Shown here: positions 8,268-18,876 of the stretch, in pieces
How positions within the stretch are numbered: the first letter of the stretch is position 1
How the letters are laid out: every line of letters starts with the position of its first letter
Virus record (IMG/VR): IMGVR_UViG_3300009786_000020
Span: 1 to 50,843 of that record
Direction: 5' to 3' (one strand)
DNA length: 50,843 nt
Source: a virus
Lineage: Duplodnaviria > Caudoviricetes
Translations under genes and position numbers: made by a program
Notes under the pieces: generated by a model
Told to the model about the DNA's origin: nothing
What the model saw: the letters and a program-made list of their open reading frames with translations, nothing else
Databases searched by the model: none

Positions 8268-8463
8268 TGCCCCAAGTAAATTGTTTAGTAATTGCGATGT
8301 CTGCAAGGAACTAATAGGCGGTAGTAGTCCTGTTATTGAAATATCCTATGGGTTCATTGATGAGGATGGTTCACTATGGGTTGAAGAATCTATTGTAATC
8401 CATAATGATTGTAGGACTGATGATTTACTTCACATGCTATCTGCTAAAATCGAAAAGAATTAA
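8254..8463 (+). CDS. Small zinc-binding hypothetical protein
   Basis: CDVC...HNDC. Confidence 0.65.
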   Translation: MKPVNAPSKLFSNCDVCKELIGGSSPVIEISYGFIDEDGSLWVEESIVIHNDCRTDDLLHMLSAKIEKN

Positions 8464-8483
8464 GTTTTTCTCCTTGGGGATAA

Positions 8484-8530
8484 AGATGGTGAGTTAGCTT
8501 GATTGTTGCTAACTTACTGTCTCCCTTTTT
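8484..8530. terminator. Terminator between the two convergent genome arms
   Basis: agatggtgagttagc-9 nt-gctaacttactgtct hairpin followed by ccc-ttttt. Confidence 0.75.
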
Positions 8531-8557
8531 GTAATCTAATTATACTCTATAAAGTTC

Positions 8558-11500
8558 TTATTTCTTATAAGACCCGGGGTATACCATGTCATCCTTATAA
8601 GCGCCCTCTTTCCTCTTCTGAGCTTCCTTATGCAATCCTACTAATGGTATGCCAGTAACCTTATTCATAGCCCCTATTGGGTTGTCTATGATATTGTTTT
8701 TACCAAATTCGTCCTTTGCCATACGGCCAAAAGGGAACATTGTCCAAGCATGATACTCAGCAACCCTACTCCAGTCATCATCTACCATAGCTCTAATGGA
8801 TGGAGCTATCATACGAAGAATGGGAGGGCTGATAACTTGCAATGGAGCTACAGGTCGAGGGTAGGCACCAAAGAAAGCTTTATTTCGTTCTTGCTCGTCA
8901 CCAAATACCCAATCAGCCGTATCTTGCATCCAGTTCCAAGGAGCTGGTAACGTGTTGTCAAACAACGAGTATGCAAACATATTGGCTAAGGCGAGCACAA
9001 AAATATCAATCTGTGCCATTCTAGTAAACTTTTCGTAAGAAGCTGTTCCAGGAATCAATCCATAGATACTAGCCTCCTTCATAACATCTTTTCTAAATCT
9101 AACAGCATTCCAACCCCATAGCTGGAACCTTGTCATAACTTTGCCAAGTGCTGTCCTTGCAAAGGCTGGTCTATAGGTGGCACTATATAAAAACTGTGTT
9201 GCTTTCACACCTTTCTTTGCCATTTCTATTAGGAATGGATGGTCAAATCTTTCAAAAGCACCACCAAATTTACGCCAAGTCTGCAGATAGTGAGCCATAA
9301 ATGCATCTCTACGAATAGCTCGTTCAGGCACACTCATAAACTTAGCTGCAAATTCCATTAACTTTTTAGGGATATTACTTTTAATAGCTATATCTCTAAC
9401 AGTTTGTTCAGATAATTCAGGGTCTCTAGTTAACTTTCTAGATATATCTTCAATAAAAGACTTGTTCTTAGCGGTCTGGAACTCCTTACTTAATCCAAAA
9501 TCATGTATAAGGAAGTCAGGAAAGACACCTTGTTGAATAACAAACTTATCAACGTCTGCCATAGTTTTCAATTCTGGATTAATTTTCATTAATACTTTAG
9601 GATTTCTTGCATCTAAAAAGTTCTTCCACCCAGCACTTTGAATAGTATGGGTAGTACCACCAAAGATATTAGCAATCATAGATTTAGGATGCGCCAACAA
9701 TGAAGCCATTTCAAATTGAGCTTCAAGATTAGATAAGTGTCTTACTTGCTGAAGGTCTATACCACGCATATTCTCTGGTAATTCCATATTAGTAACACCA
9801 ATCTTATCCATCATCTTATTAATTCTATCCCTTACTCTATTGTCAGCCCACCATCCATATGGAGTGCCTTTAATTTTCATCACTGGATTATCATATATTT
9901 TTTGAGGGATATTTGACGGATTACCAAGAGCATCCTGTGCATATAATTTAGCATGTGTTTGCCAGGCATCTGTCTGTTCAGGCCCCCACTTTTTATACAT
10001 GCCTCGTCCCATTTCTTCAATAGTTTGTTTTGAGAATATTTGTCCCAACTGTTTAAAATAGGATTGAACTGTACTTCTAGTATATGTATCTACAGCAGCT
10101 TCATCCATAGTCCAGCCTTCCATATGGGTTATTCTATTATTCATAGCTCCACTACGTTCATCTGGATTAAAGTAATCAATTAAGTCATCCTTGACTTTCT
10201 TTTTAGCTGATATTTCTTTAACAATTTCTTCTGATACATTCCATTCTTCTAAATCTTGAGTTGGCCATTCTCCGTCAACAGCTTTATATTTATACATGAG
10301 CTTAGCAAGAGCTTCATTACGCTGCTTCTGAGTCATTTCACTATCAGGAGTTTCCATAATCTTCTTCAATTCAGCTTCTTTCGCTTTCTTTGCTTCAACC
10401 CTATCAAACATCATATGTGGCCAATATGCCTCATAGTCAATTTTGCCTGTTTCAGCATGTGGCTGACGTAAAAAAGCAGCTCTAATCTTAGGGTCTTTCT
10501 TCATCATTCCAGCCATCATAGTTCTTGCAACTCGACGAACGCCATCGTTACCTATGTTAGTCCAGAATGCTTTGTCTGTTTTATTGCCCATCCACTGGGT
10601 TTCTAAATGCTTTAAAAAACTCTTAACATCAACCATAGGGACTTCTCCCTTATCAATATTCATATCGGTAACAGTCCAGTCATCTAAGGCTCTGTCATTC
10701 CCTTTTATAAATGCATGAAACTCACTAAAATATGAAGTGTAAGCATCATTAATTCTCTTAACAACCTCTTCGCCAGTCATTCTCTTACGTCCATCTGGAG
10801 TATCAACAACAAACTCACGTACTTTTAATTTAGGCCAATTATGAGCTGCTTCAGTATCTGAACGTCGCTTAAAGTAACCCATAGCAGCCTTCTTATCTTC
10901 CTTCTCAATAATTTTACCCTGCAATGCATTTCTCTGTGCTACAGCTATTTGTCTTAATGCTTCTCCTTGAGGTATATCACCTAAGAATAGCATTCGCTCT
11001 TTTAAGTCGCTGACAAATTCATCACCTATATTAGTTGCTTCTTCCATAGCGCGACCAATAAAGTTTTGAAGTTTGCCTATATATCCAGTCGGTGTATACA
11101 TCGTACCTTTTTGTGCTCTACCAGAATAATCAAAATACATACCCTGTTTTTCCATTAACTGTATTTCATCTCGCATTAACTCTTCATTAATAGCTCGAGG
11201 GAATAACATAGTATGCCGCTTACCTAGTTTAGTGGGCCCATCCTTATCAAACATTTGTTGCCAGATACTGCCTGACTTTATATCAGTCAAGTAATTCCGT
11301 AATGCTATAAAATCCTGCTTATTCATTGCATTTAAATCTTTATTTAATATACCTCTAACTAAATCATTAAGCTTAGTCTTGACATACTGCCCTTCACCAT
11401 TTAGAATGGTTGCTATTTCTGATACGACACTACTGTACTCTTTGTCAATTTTACCCTCTTTCAAGTGCTCATATCCTGTATTAGCAAACATCTTAGCTAT

Positions 11501-14500
11501 AGGATTCTTATCAGCAGTCTCTCCTTCAACTGGTATACCAATCTCTTTAGCTTTTTCAGCAACCAAATCTTTCTCAGATTGCTTTTCTACAGCCTTTAAT
11601 TCTTTATCCATAGGCTGCTCCCATGTAGATGAGAATTTATCATTAAATGCACCTATGTGTTCCTTAGCATTTACTACGTCTATAGCGTTACTTAAGAATC
11701 CTAGCTTAGACATAGATGTTTTCGCAGCTTCCATATTAATTGCATGTATAGCGTCAAGAGTTACTCTGCTGAGTTTCTTATTAGAGTACATAAATTGTTC
11801 TAATGCTTCAACATTCCCTTTACGTAAACTACCAAGCATTAAATGGTCATATAGACGTCTACCTTCAGGTGTAAGCTGAGTTTTATAATCTCTAATTCTA
11901 CTATCAATTTCAACTTGGTCAAGTGAAGCTGACTGTTGACCAGATACTTTTTTATTAATCTCTTGGATTATCTTCTTGGCTTCAGCATTATTAGTTTCTT
12001 TATAGATTTTCTCAACTCCAGCCTTAACCTCTGCTTCAAAGTTTATCCAATCTGGGTCATTCTCTTCAATCTCAGTTAACATATCCTTCATTTGATTTCT
12101 TTGCTTATTTTTAAGCCAAGATAAATCCTTTAGTGCTTCTACATGTCCAAAGATTTCAGCTACCTGCTCCTTAAAGTTCATTCCAGTTGCATTATATAAT
12201 TTACCACTTTCCTTGCCAGTATTTAGAGCATCCTTGACAAGTTCTACAGTAACCATATCAGTTAAATCATTTATTAGATAATCTTCTGCTAGCATATTAA
12301 GCCCAGATAACATTTCTTTACGCTTCTTAGTACCCTTTTCACCAGCTTCTTTAGCTATTCTTAATCCATAATGGTCAGTCTCATAAGGAGTACCTTTTAT
12401 CATCCGCATAAAACGTTTATAAGTTTTAGCTGCATGCCTTAATCCCTCAGGAGTATGTAAGTCATTTTCCTTAACTCTCACAATGTAATCAGACATAACG
12501 CTTTTTAATGAGGAACGTCCTAATAAAGTCTTCATCCATTTTAAATCTTCAACATTACTATCAAAATCAACATATAATTTGTTAAGCTGAGGCAAATCCA
12601 CTCTATTGAATATAGGGTCGCTCCAGTCTAGTCCCGCTAAGTCTACTCCGATTTTACCTAGGAAAGAGTTAAGCATCTCAGGCTTTGCTGCCAGAGAGTA
12701 TGCTCCAACTCCAAGCTCTTTGATTTCTTCCATAGAATGCTTGCGACCCTTTGACCAGTTACGACCCCAATATGCATCATTAATATCTCTAAAAGTTCCA
12801 TATACCCCAGCCTTGAGATTATTAGCAGTGAGAGCTTTTTCAATTTTGAATTTCATACCACTCTTTATTGGTACTACTCTACCTTTAACAACTTGCTTCA
12901 TATCTGCAACTTTAAAGTGAGCATTCCATAAATATTCAAACCATTCCTCTTTAGATTTTAAGCCAAGTTCATCCATTGGGTCAGAGGCTAAGCCAATCAT
13001 AGCTCTTTTTAAGTTACGTTGATGAAGCTTATCATCAGCTGTCTCTTTTGGCTTAACAGTTAGCTCTATTTCTCTATATTTATATACATCTTTACCAGCT
13101 TTATCAGACTTTACAAAATCTTTTTTACCCTTAACAGATATTCTAAATTTATCTTGCTTATCAGGGACTGCCATAATCGCATTATATGCAGCCTGCATAA
13201 TTTGAGTTGATGATGCTGCTGGACCTAACTGATTACGGCCATCTACTGCAGCTTGAGAAATACGTATTCTTTCTACAGGAGAATATTGGTATGCTTTAGA
13301 GTTATATCGTGCTTTAGCTAAGCGGTTTTTGTCATTAGCTGGTGTATCTTTAGTAATAATAAACTTAGCTAATAGTTCTCTGTATAGGGATTGCTTTTTA
13401 TGTACTGAAGCGGGAACCCTAGATTCTTTATTATCTCCAACAAGACGTCTCTTCTTCTTCCCAGTACCTTCTTCAAAATAGAACTCTTCTTTATTAGATT
13501 TATACATTTCTTTCCATGCTGGTTTCATGCCATTTTCACCGCCAAAGAATACAAATGATTTATCTCCATCCAAATCTGCTCCACCTTCAGCTCTCATAGC
13601 CCTAGAGTGAAGTAAAATACCATGGCCATCTCTACCTGTAAAACCTTTAAAATGAAGGACTTGTGCACCTGACATTGAATCCATAGGAACACGAACTGTA
13701 ACAGCATTAAAGAACTCTTCTACAGCAGCTTTAGTTTCTGGTTGTGCCTCATATTCCTTACCTTCATAATTCTTCCATAACTCACCAAGAGTTAATCGTG
13801 GATGGTCTATACCACTGATACCTGTTTTAATTTTACGCTTTGCATATTTATCATCTAAAAAGAATATCTCATCAGCATATATATCTTCACCTAAAACTTT
13901 ACCAATAGCTTTTCCACCTACTTCATCAAGCTTCTTTAACCATTTATTAGCACCATCTAAATCTGCACGTAAACCTTCGTCATATGGACGCATAACAGAT
14001 GTTAATGAGTTACCCATCTTAGGTCTAGTAGCTGACTTGACAATATAATTCTTGACAGCGGTCATTCGATAATCTCTAACATATTTATGAAGCATTGTAC
14101 CTAAAGCAGAAGCTTCCATACCCTGTTGTCGTTTATCTCTCGCCCATTCAAGAGCTAGCTTAATATGTCTACCAGTAGCATCATTCTCTTCTTCCCATCG
14201 GAGAACCTCAGCATTAAATTCTTCTTCAGTATATTGCTTATCCCTCATCTCTTCTTTAACTAAATCAAGAGACTGTTTTAATATCTTCTGATACACAGCA
14301 GCTGATATCTGCTCAGAATGATTAGCTTGTAATAATCCAATAGTCTCAGCGATACCTAATTTGTCAAGGTCTTTTAGTATTGCATTTTGTTCTTTGACAA
14401 GTTCAGTGCCTAGTGCGCCATCTTTACGAGCAGCTATATATTTTCTTGCATTTTCATTAACAACTGCATCACCTGTCATGCGTTCACCTATAATAGATGA

Positions 14501-17500
14501 GTACATCTCATTAATTACATCAGGGTCAAGCTTTCCCCAACTTAGTGGCATCAATGCAGTAAATAATTGTTTAGGGATGGCCTGGTCTTCTAGCATATGC
14601 TTACTCTGCTTAACAGAAAAGTTACCCTTAACCTCAGAAGGTAGTAAGTGATTTAACTCAGAGTTATGTATATTAATTTCACCATTTTCAATAGAGTATC
14701 TACCAACTTTACGCGTACCTAATTGCTTGACAGCAGATTCCTGCATAATCATATGTAAACCTTTAGCCTTCATCATCTTAGACATCTCTGGGCCAACAGT
14801 ATGGAACATAAATTTGCCTAATAACGCTCCTTGAGCTTCAGATACTACTGTACCATCACTTCTGGTCGTATATTTAGGATTCCTTGCTACAATAAATGAT
14901 TTATTTTGCCCTGAATGAGGCATACCAAAGTCTTTATTCATCCCATCAACTACTTCTTGAGTTACTAGAATTGCACCGTCTACATTTTCTGATAATTCGG
15001 TGGTTTTCCTTATAGTATCCCAAGAATAAAAGCCATCTTTAGCCATGGCATCTTCAACTTCTTTAGACAAGTCTCGTGCAATTATATATTGATAGCCAAG
15101 TTCACCTTTAGCATTTTCTACTAATGGCTGCTTACCACGACCAACTTGTTCAACACCATCAGCATCTATATAAGTTTTATTTAATTCCTTAGCCATAGCT
15201 ATTCTATCACCAGGATATGAGTTTGTGAACCATATTTGTCCACGCTTATTAAAGCCAGTTGAGTTCTTTATAAAACCCTTATTTGTCATTAGGAGCTCTA
15301 TATTAGCCCTTGTAGGCTCTAACCTATTCAAGGCAAGGTCATACATCACATTGGACCAAAACGAGCGTTTAAAGGAATCTAAGGCTTCTGTCTTTGTTAA
15401 ACCTTTAAATTTGGGGTTCCCAGAGGTAAAGGTCTTTAGAAATTCAGCTTGAGCTTCATCCCGATATTTCTTAAAATCTTTAATCTTACTTGTGAATTTA
15501 GATAACTCTTGCCATTGCTTCTCAAAATTAAGTCTATTTGCACGCATATGTGGATGATGTTTCATCCAGATTATTCTATCATTATCACCTTTACCACCAT
15601 ACATATACCATCCACCACCACCTTTACGACGATTCCCTTTACCATCAATATAGGTATCTTTAACACCCATATACTTTATCATAGCAGATAGCTCTCTATT
15701 AAATTCCCCCTTACCTACATCATCAAGCTCTCTATACCTACTTAACTCATAATCTCTGTATTGCCCTTCTTCCTTGCGACTAATATGGTCAAGTATCCCA
15801 TATACAGTTTCTTCTGGTCTGCCTGTGAGTTCATGGTGGACATCCTCAATAATCTTTAATGGCTCTCTCATATCTTTTCTAAGTCCAGATAAGCTAGTCT
15901 GCCTGTTCTTCGACTCAATATGCATTATGCGGCCAGGAGTAGCTCTAAAGTGCTTAACAGGTATACTTTGATTAAACATAGTAACCCATTGTCTTAGTTC
16001 TGCTATAGCTTCATTCTTACCAAGCAAAGAGACACCTATATCTTCTTGTATGTCATTTATAATTTGGTCAACTTTATTAAGTTTAGACCCCTTTTCAACA
16101 TGCCTCTGAAAAATCTGTTCTATTTGTTGGATAATTTTAAATCGTGTTGCATGTACATCTTCAATACTAGTAGCACCCTTAGTCCAAAGTTCTTCTGGCA
16201 TATGATTTCTAGTAAACCATTCAGCTTTTAATCCAGGTTGTATCATAGAGATATCATCTGCTGGTATATCGGCAAGTTCAGCTCTTAATAAGGACTCATC
16301 ATGAATCTTAACTTCGTCACGATAGCTTAGTTCAGTTTCTAATTCTTCTTGCTTATTCTCCAAAGTACGTTCTCTTAATACATAAGTATCTAATTCAGCC
16401 GTAGCTTCTTTGAGCTTTCCAGATGCTTTGGAATCAAGTTCAAGGTCAATAGCTTCGCCAAATTCATCCTTATTAGACTCTAGTTCATCATGGAGTTTTT
16501 CTATACTATCATCTAATTTTTTAATTTTCTTCTTAACTTTATCGAGGTCTACTTGCTCTTCTTCAGTAAGTATAGAGCGTTCATTAAACTCAACAGCTTC
16601 ACCAGACGCTTCAAGCTCTGCAGCTCTACGACCCTTTAAGCTTTCCAGCATTTGTGTATAATGCTCTCCCCATAAGGGGTCCTTACTAGGTACTCTAATA
16701 TTACCAGCGCTATCAACAGCATTAGAAAAATCTCTATCTGCATCATATTTCTCAGCCATTATTTCAGAAAGTAATTCTTCTCTACGAGCCCTACCAATAG
16801 TCTTAACACCCTTTTCAGATTTTAATCTATTATTAACTTGCCATCCAGTAAGCTTAGTATAACCCTCACGATATTCTCCTGTTTTCCATGCTTCATAAGC
16901 GCCTGAAATAGTTTTAAAATGCTTACCTCTAAACTTAAAGAAGGACTGGTCAAAGGTAGACAGCTTCATATTTGTTTTACTGCCATAATCTACATAAGTA
17001 GTCCTACCAGTAGAGCTAGCTTTCTTTAAATCTAATGCTGCATACTTTGCAGTTTTATTTAGATTCTGTGCAAAGAACTCTTCTATTGCTCTTACTGCCT
17101 GAGGGTCTTTAATAAACTTACCGCTAGATGTTTCTCTTCCAGGATTGCCAAGTCCAGCTATTATTTTAGGCGGTCTTTTTGGCATTCCTTCTATTGGATT
17201 GAACCTACCAGAGCCTCTAGAATATTGATGCCATTTCTTAGTTCCTAAATCATATACAAATGTAGGCTTCTTCATATCAAGAGCCATTTGCACGCCCCAT
17301 TTAGCTTTACCCTTAACTTGAGTGAATGAAGGACGAGCCTTTGCCCACTTGCTTTTATTAGATGCTTCAGCAAACTCACCGACAGCATATACAGCTTCAG
17401 CCCTGTTCACTAGGTAGTATTGTTTTCTAATATTATTTAATTGGAATCTTGAACTATAATCTGTATTTTGTATTAGATTATTTAGATTAGCGCCAAGTGA

Positions 17501-18868
17501 TTCATTAGCAGCTTTTATAGCTCTATTAACATGTGGGGATTCTAACTCACTAGGCTGTAGATTGATGCCAAATACATCAGGCCCAGTGTTCTTTTTTTCA
17601 CCAACTTGCTTATATGAAAAGGGTTTATAACCATACTCTTTACCTTGGTTAAGCCAAGTAGCTTCTGTATTTGGACCAGCTCCAGATAATATCTGCAGAC
17701 TAGGCTCCTTTTCTAATACAAGACGCTTCTCACCCTCTATATATTCTTCAGTCGTTTCCATACCAGCTATCTTTTTGGTCTTCTTATCAACTTGCCATAG
17801 TTGGTCAGTTAATTTAGATAACTCATAACCAGCAGCTAGATTTTCAGCATTCTTGCCATAGCGCTTTGTTATTTCTTCTTTAAGTATAGGCTTTACTTGT
17901 TCAGGTAATTCCGCATAACCTTCCATAGTTTCAGGGTCTTTAAGCGTATTAACATAATCTTCCATACTTTCTTCTTTAGTCTTCTCAATTTTGCCTAATT
18001 CTTTTCGGGCTCTATGTCGAGCCCAACTAACCTCATTACTACCAAAGTAAGCTCCCATCATATATTCATACACCTGTTCTGGTGTAGTAGCCCCATGCAT
18101 TGTTGATGGGAGTCCCATAAATAATGACCCAGCTAATCCTCTAGCAAGTTTAGTTCCCATAGGATTATCCATCTTAAGATGATTCCCTATTAGTCTAAAT
18201 ACTCCTCCTGCTTGAGCTCCACCAATAAATCCTTGAATCATTTCATCAACACCGCCTTGCCAAGAAGATACACCAGATGCTACACCTAAATGGAATGCTC
18301 CTTCAACAATATGCTTTGCTTTATTGCCAAGGAAGAAGTTTGATACTTCTTGAACAGCACCTTTTCTTGATACGGTACTAGCTTTAGCGGCTCTTGTAAA
18401 TATTTTTGAAGTTTCTTTAGTGACCCTATCTGCAACAAGCATAGGGATTGATTTAATAGCACCTAGTTTATTAGCAGCATGCACCAATGATTTAGCTTGC
18501 ATTGCTTTTCCAAGTACATTTAAAGGCTTAGCAAGCATACCTGGAACAAACCCAGACAAGTGTCCTATATTACGAGCGACTGCTTCATATTCATTATCTG
18601 GATGGTCAGTTACATTAAGAGTAGTAAAGCCTTCAATAAAGCCGCCACCAAACTGCTTAATAGCTTCTGTTAATTGAAATTCACCCTCATAAAATGTCTT
18701 ACCATAGTACTCTGCATGTTTCTTTATTCTATCAATGTCTTCATTTGAAAAACGTGAAGGAGTCTTATCATAAACATCCATTATACGGGCAAGAGCTGAT
18801 TCTGTCATCTCTGGCTTCCATTGTTGCTGTTGCTGACTGGGTTCTGCTACTCGACCTTGTGGTTCCAT
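8558..18868 (-). CDS. Giant virion/ejection protein, probable virion-packaged two-barrel RNA polymerase with accessory domains
   Basis: GGADLDGDK (D1765-D1769), preceded by NVDGAILV, GKFMFH, SAVKQ and VRVPMD; last gene of the structural arm; N-terminal SLOG-like and NADAR-like segments. Confidence 0.75.
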   Translation of the reverse strand: MEPQGRVAEPSQQQQQWKPEMTESALARIMDVYDKTPSRFSNEDIDRIKKHAEYYGKTFYEGEFQLTEAIKQFGGGFIEGFTTLNVTDHPDNEYEAVARNIGHLSGFVPGMLAKPLNVLGKAMQAKSLVHAANKLGAIKSIPMLVADRVTKETSKIFTRAAKASTVSRKGAVQEVSNFFLGNKAKHIVEGAFHLGVASGVSSWQGGVDEMIQGFIGGAQAGGVFRLIGNHLKMDNPMGTKLARGLAGSLFMGLPSTMHGATTPEQVYEYMMGAYFGSNEVSWARHRARKELGKIEKTKEESMEDYVNTLKDPETMEGYAELPEQVKPILKEEITKRYGKNAENLAAGYELSKLTDQLWQVDKKTKKIAGMETTEEYIEGEKRLVLEKEPSLQILSGAGPNTEATWLNQGKEYGYKPFSYKQVGEKKNTGPDVFGINLQPSELESPHVNRAIKAANESLGANLNNLIQNTDYSSRFQLNNIRKQYYLVNRAEAVYAVGEFAEASNKSKWAKARPSFTQVKGKAKWGVQMALDMKKPTFVYDLGTKKWHQYSRGSGRFNPIEGMPKRPPKIIAGLGNPGRETSSGKFIKDPQAVRAIEEFFAQNLNKTAKYAALDLKKASSTGRTTYVDYGSKTNMKLSTFDQSFFKFRGKHFKTISGAYEAWKTGEYREGYTKLTGWQVNNRLKSEKGVKTIGRARREELLSEIMAEKYDADRDFSNAVDSAGNIRVPSKDPLWGEHYTQMLESLKGRRAAELEASGEAVEFNERSILTEEEQVDLDKVKKKIKKLDDSIEKLHDELESNKDEFGEAIDLELDSKASGKLKEATAELDTYVLRERTLENKQEELETELSYRDEVKIHDESLLRAELADIPADDISMIQPGLKAEWFTRNHMPEELWTKGATSIEDVHATRFKIIQQIEQIFQRHVEKGSKLNKVDQIINDIQEDIGVSLLGKNEAIAELRQWVTMFNQSIPVKHFRATPGRIMHIESKNRQTSLSGLRKDMREPLKIIEDVHHELTGRPEETVYGILDHISRKEEGQYRDYELSRYRELDDVGKGEFNRELSAMIKYMGVKDTYIDGKGNRRKGGGGWYMYGGKGDNDRIIWMKHHPHMRANRLNFEKQWQELSKFTSKIKDFKKYRDEAQAEFLKTFTSGNPKFKGLTKTEALDSFKRSFWSNVMYDLALNRLEPTRANIELLMTNKGFIKNSTGFNKRGQIWFTNSYPGDRIAMAKELNKTYIDADGVEQVGRGKQPLVENAKGELGYQYIIARDLSKEVEDAMAKDGFYSWDTIRKTTELSENVDGAILVTQEVVDGMNKDFGMPHSGQNKSFIVARNPKYTTRSDGTVVSEAQGALLGKFMFHTVGPEMSKMMKAKGLHMIMQESAVKQLGTRKVGRYSIENGEINIHNSELNHLLPSEVKGNFSVKQSKHMLEDQAIPKQLFTALMPLSWGKLDPDVINEMYSSIIGERMTGDAVVNENARKYIAARKDGALGTELVKEQNAILKDLDKLGIAETIGLLQANHSEQISAAVYQKILKQSLDLVKEEMRDKQYTEEEFNAEVLRWEEENDATGRHIKLALEWARDKRQQGMEASALGTMLHKYVRDYRMTAVKNYIVKSATRPKMGNSLTSVMRPYDEGLRADLDGANKWLKKLDEVGGKAIGKVLGEDIYADEIFFLDDKYAKRKIKTGISGIDHPRLTLGELWKNYEGKEYEAQPETKAAVEEFFNAVTVRVPMDSMSGAQVLHFKGFTGRDGHGILLHSRAMRAEGGADLDGDKSFVFFGGENGMKPAWKEMYKSNKEEFYFEEGTGKKKRRLVGDNKESRVPASVHKKQSLYRELLAKFIITKDTPANDKNRLAKARYNSKAYQYSPVERIRISQAAVDGRNQLGPAASSTQIMQAAYNAIMAVPDKQDKFRISVKGKKDFVKSDKAGKDVYKYREIELTVKPKETADDKLHQRNLKRAMIGLASDPMDELGLKSKEEWFEYLWNAHFKVADMKQVVKGRVVPIKSGMKFKIEKALTANNLKAGVYGTFRDINDAYWGRNWSKGRKHSMEEIKELGVGAYSLAAKPEMLNSFLGKIGVDLAGLDWSDPIFNRVDLPQLNKLYVDFDSNVEDLKWMKTLLGRSSLKSVMSDYIVRVKENDLHTPEGLRHAAKTYKRFMRMIKGTPYETDHYGLRIAKEAGEKGTKKRKEMLSGLNMLAEDYLINDLTDMVTVELVKDALNTGKESGKLYNATGMNFKEQVAEIFGHVEALKDLSWLKNKQRNQMKDMLTEIEENDPDWINFEAEVKAGVEKIYKETNNAEAKKIIQEINKKVSGQQSASLDQVEIDSRIRDYKTQLTPEGRRLYDHLMLGSLRKGNVEALEQFMYSNKKLSRVTLDAIHAINMEAAKTSMSKLGFLSNAIDVVNAKEHIGAFNDKFSSTWEQPMDKELKAVEKQSEKDLVAEKAKEIGIPVEGETADKNPIAKMFANTGYEHLKEGKIDKEYSSVVSEIATILNGEGQYVKTKLNDLVRGILNKDLNAMNKQDFIALRNYLTDIKSGSIWQQMFDKDGPTKLGKRHTMLFPRAINEELMRDEIQLMEKQGMYFDYSGRAQKGTMYTPTGYIGKLQNFIGRAMEEATNIGDEFVSDLKERMLFLGDIPQGEALRQIAVAQRNALQGKIIEKEDKKAAMGYFKRRSDTEAAHNWPKLKVREFVVDTPDGRKRMTGEEVVKRINDAYTSYFSEFHAFIKGNDRALDDWTVTDMNIDKGEVPMVDVKSFLKHLETQWMGNKTDKAFWTNIGNDGVRRVARTMMAGMMKKDPKIRAAFLRQPHAETGKIDYEAYWPHMMFDRVEAKKAKEAELKKIMETPDSEMTQKQRNEALAKLMYKYKAVDGEWPTQDLEEWNVSEEIVKEISAKKKVKDDLIDYFNPDERSGAMNNRITHMEGWTMDEAAVDTYTRSTVQSYFKQLGQIFSKQTIEEMGRGMYKKWGPEQTDAWQTHAKLYAQDALGNPSNIPQKIYDNPVMKIKGTPYGWWADNRVRDRINKMMDKIGVTNMELPENMRGIDLQQVRHLSNLEAQFEMASLLAHPKSMIANIFGGTTHTIQSAGWKNFLDARNPKVLMKINPELKTMADVDKFVIQQGVFPDFLIHDFGLSKEFQTAKNKSFIEDISRKLTRDPELSEQTVRDIAIKSNIPKKLMEFAAKFMSVPERAIRRDAFMAHYLQTWRKFGGAFERFDHPFLIEMAKKGVKATQFLYSATYRPAFARTALGKVMTRFQLWGWNAVRFRKDVMKEASIYGLIPGTASYEKFTRMAQIDIFVLALANMFAYSLFDNTLPAPWNWMQDTADWVFGDEQERNKAFFGAYPRPVAPLQVISPPILRMIAPSIRAMVDDDWSRVAEYHAWTMFPFGRMAKDEFGKNNIIDNPIGAMNKVTGIPLVGLHKEAQKRKEGAYKDDMVYPGSYKK

Positions 18869-18876
18869 TTATATTC

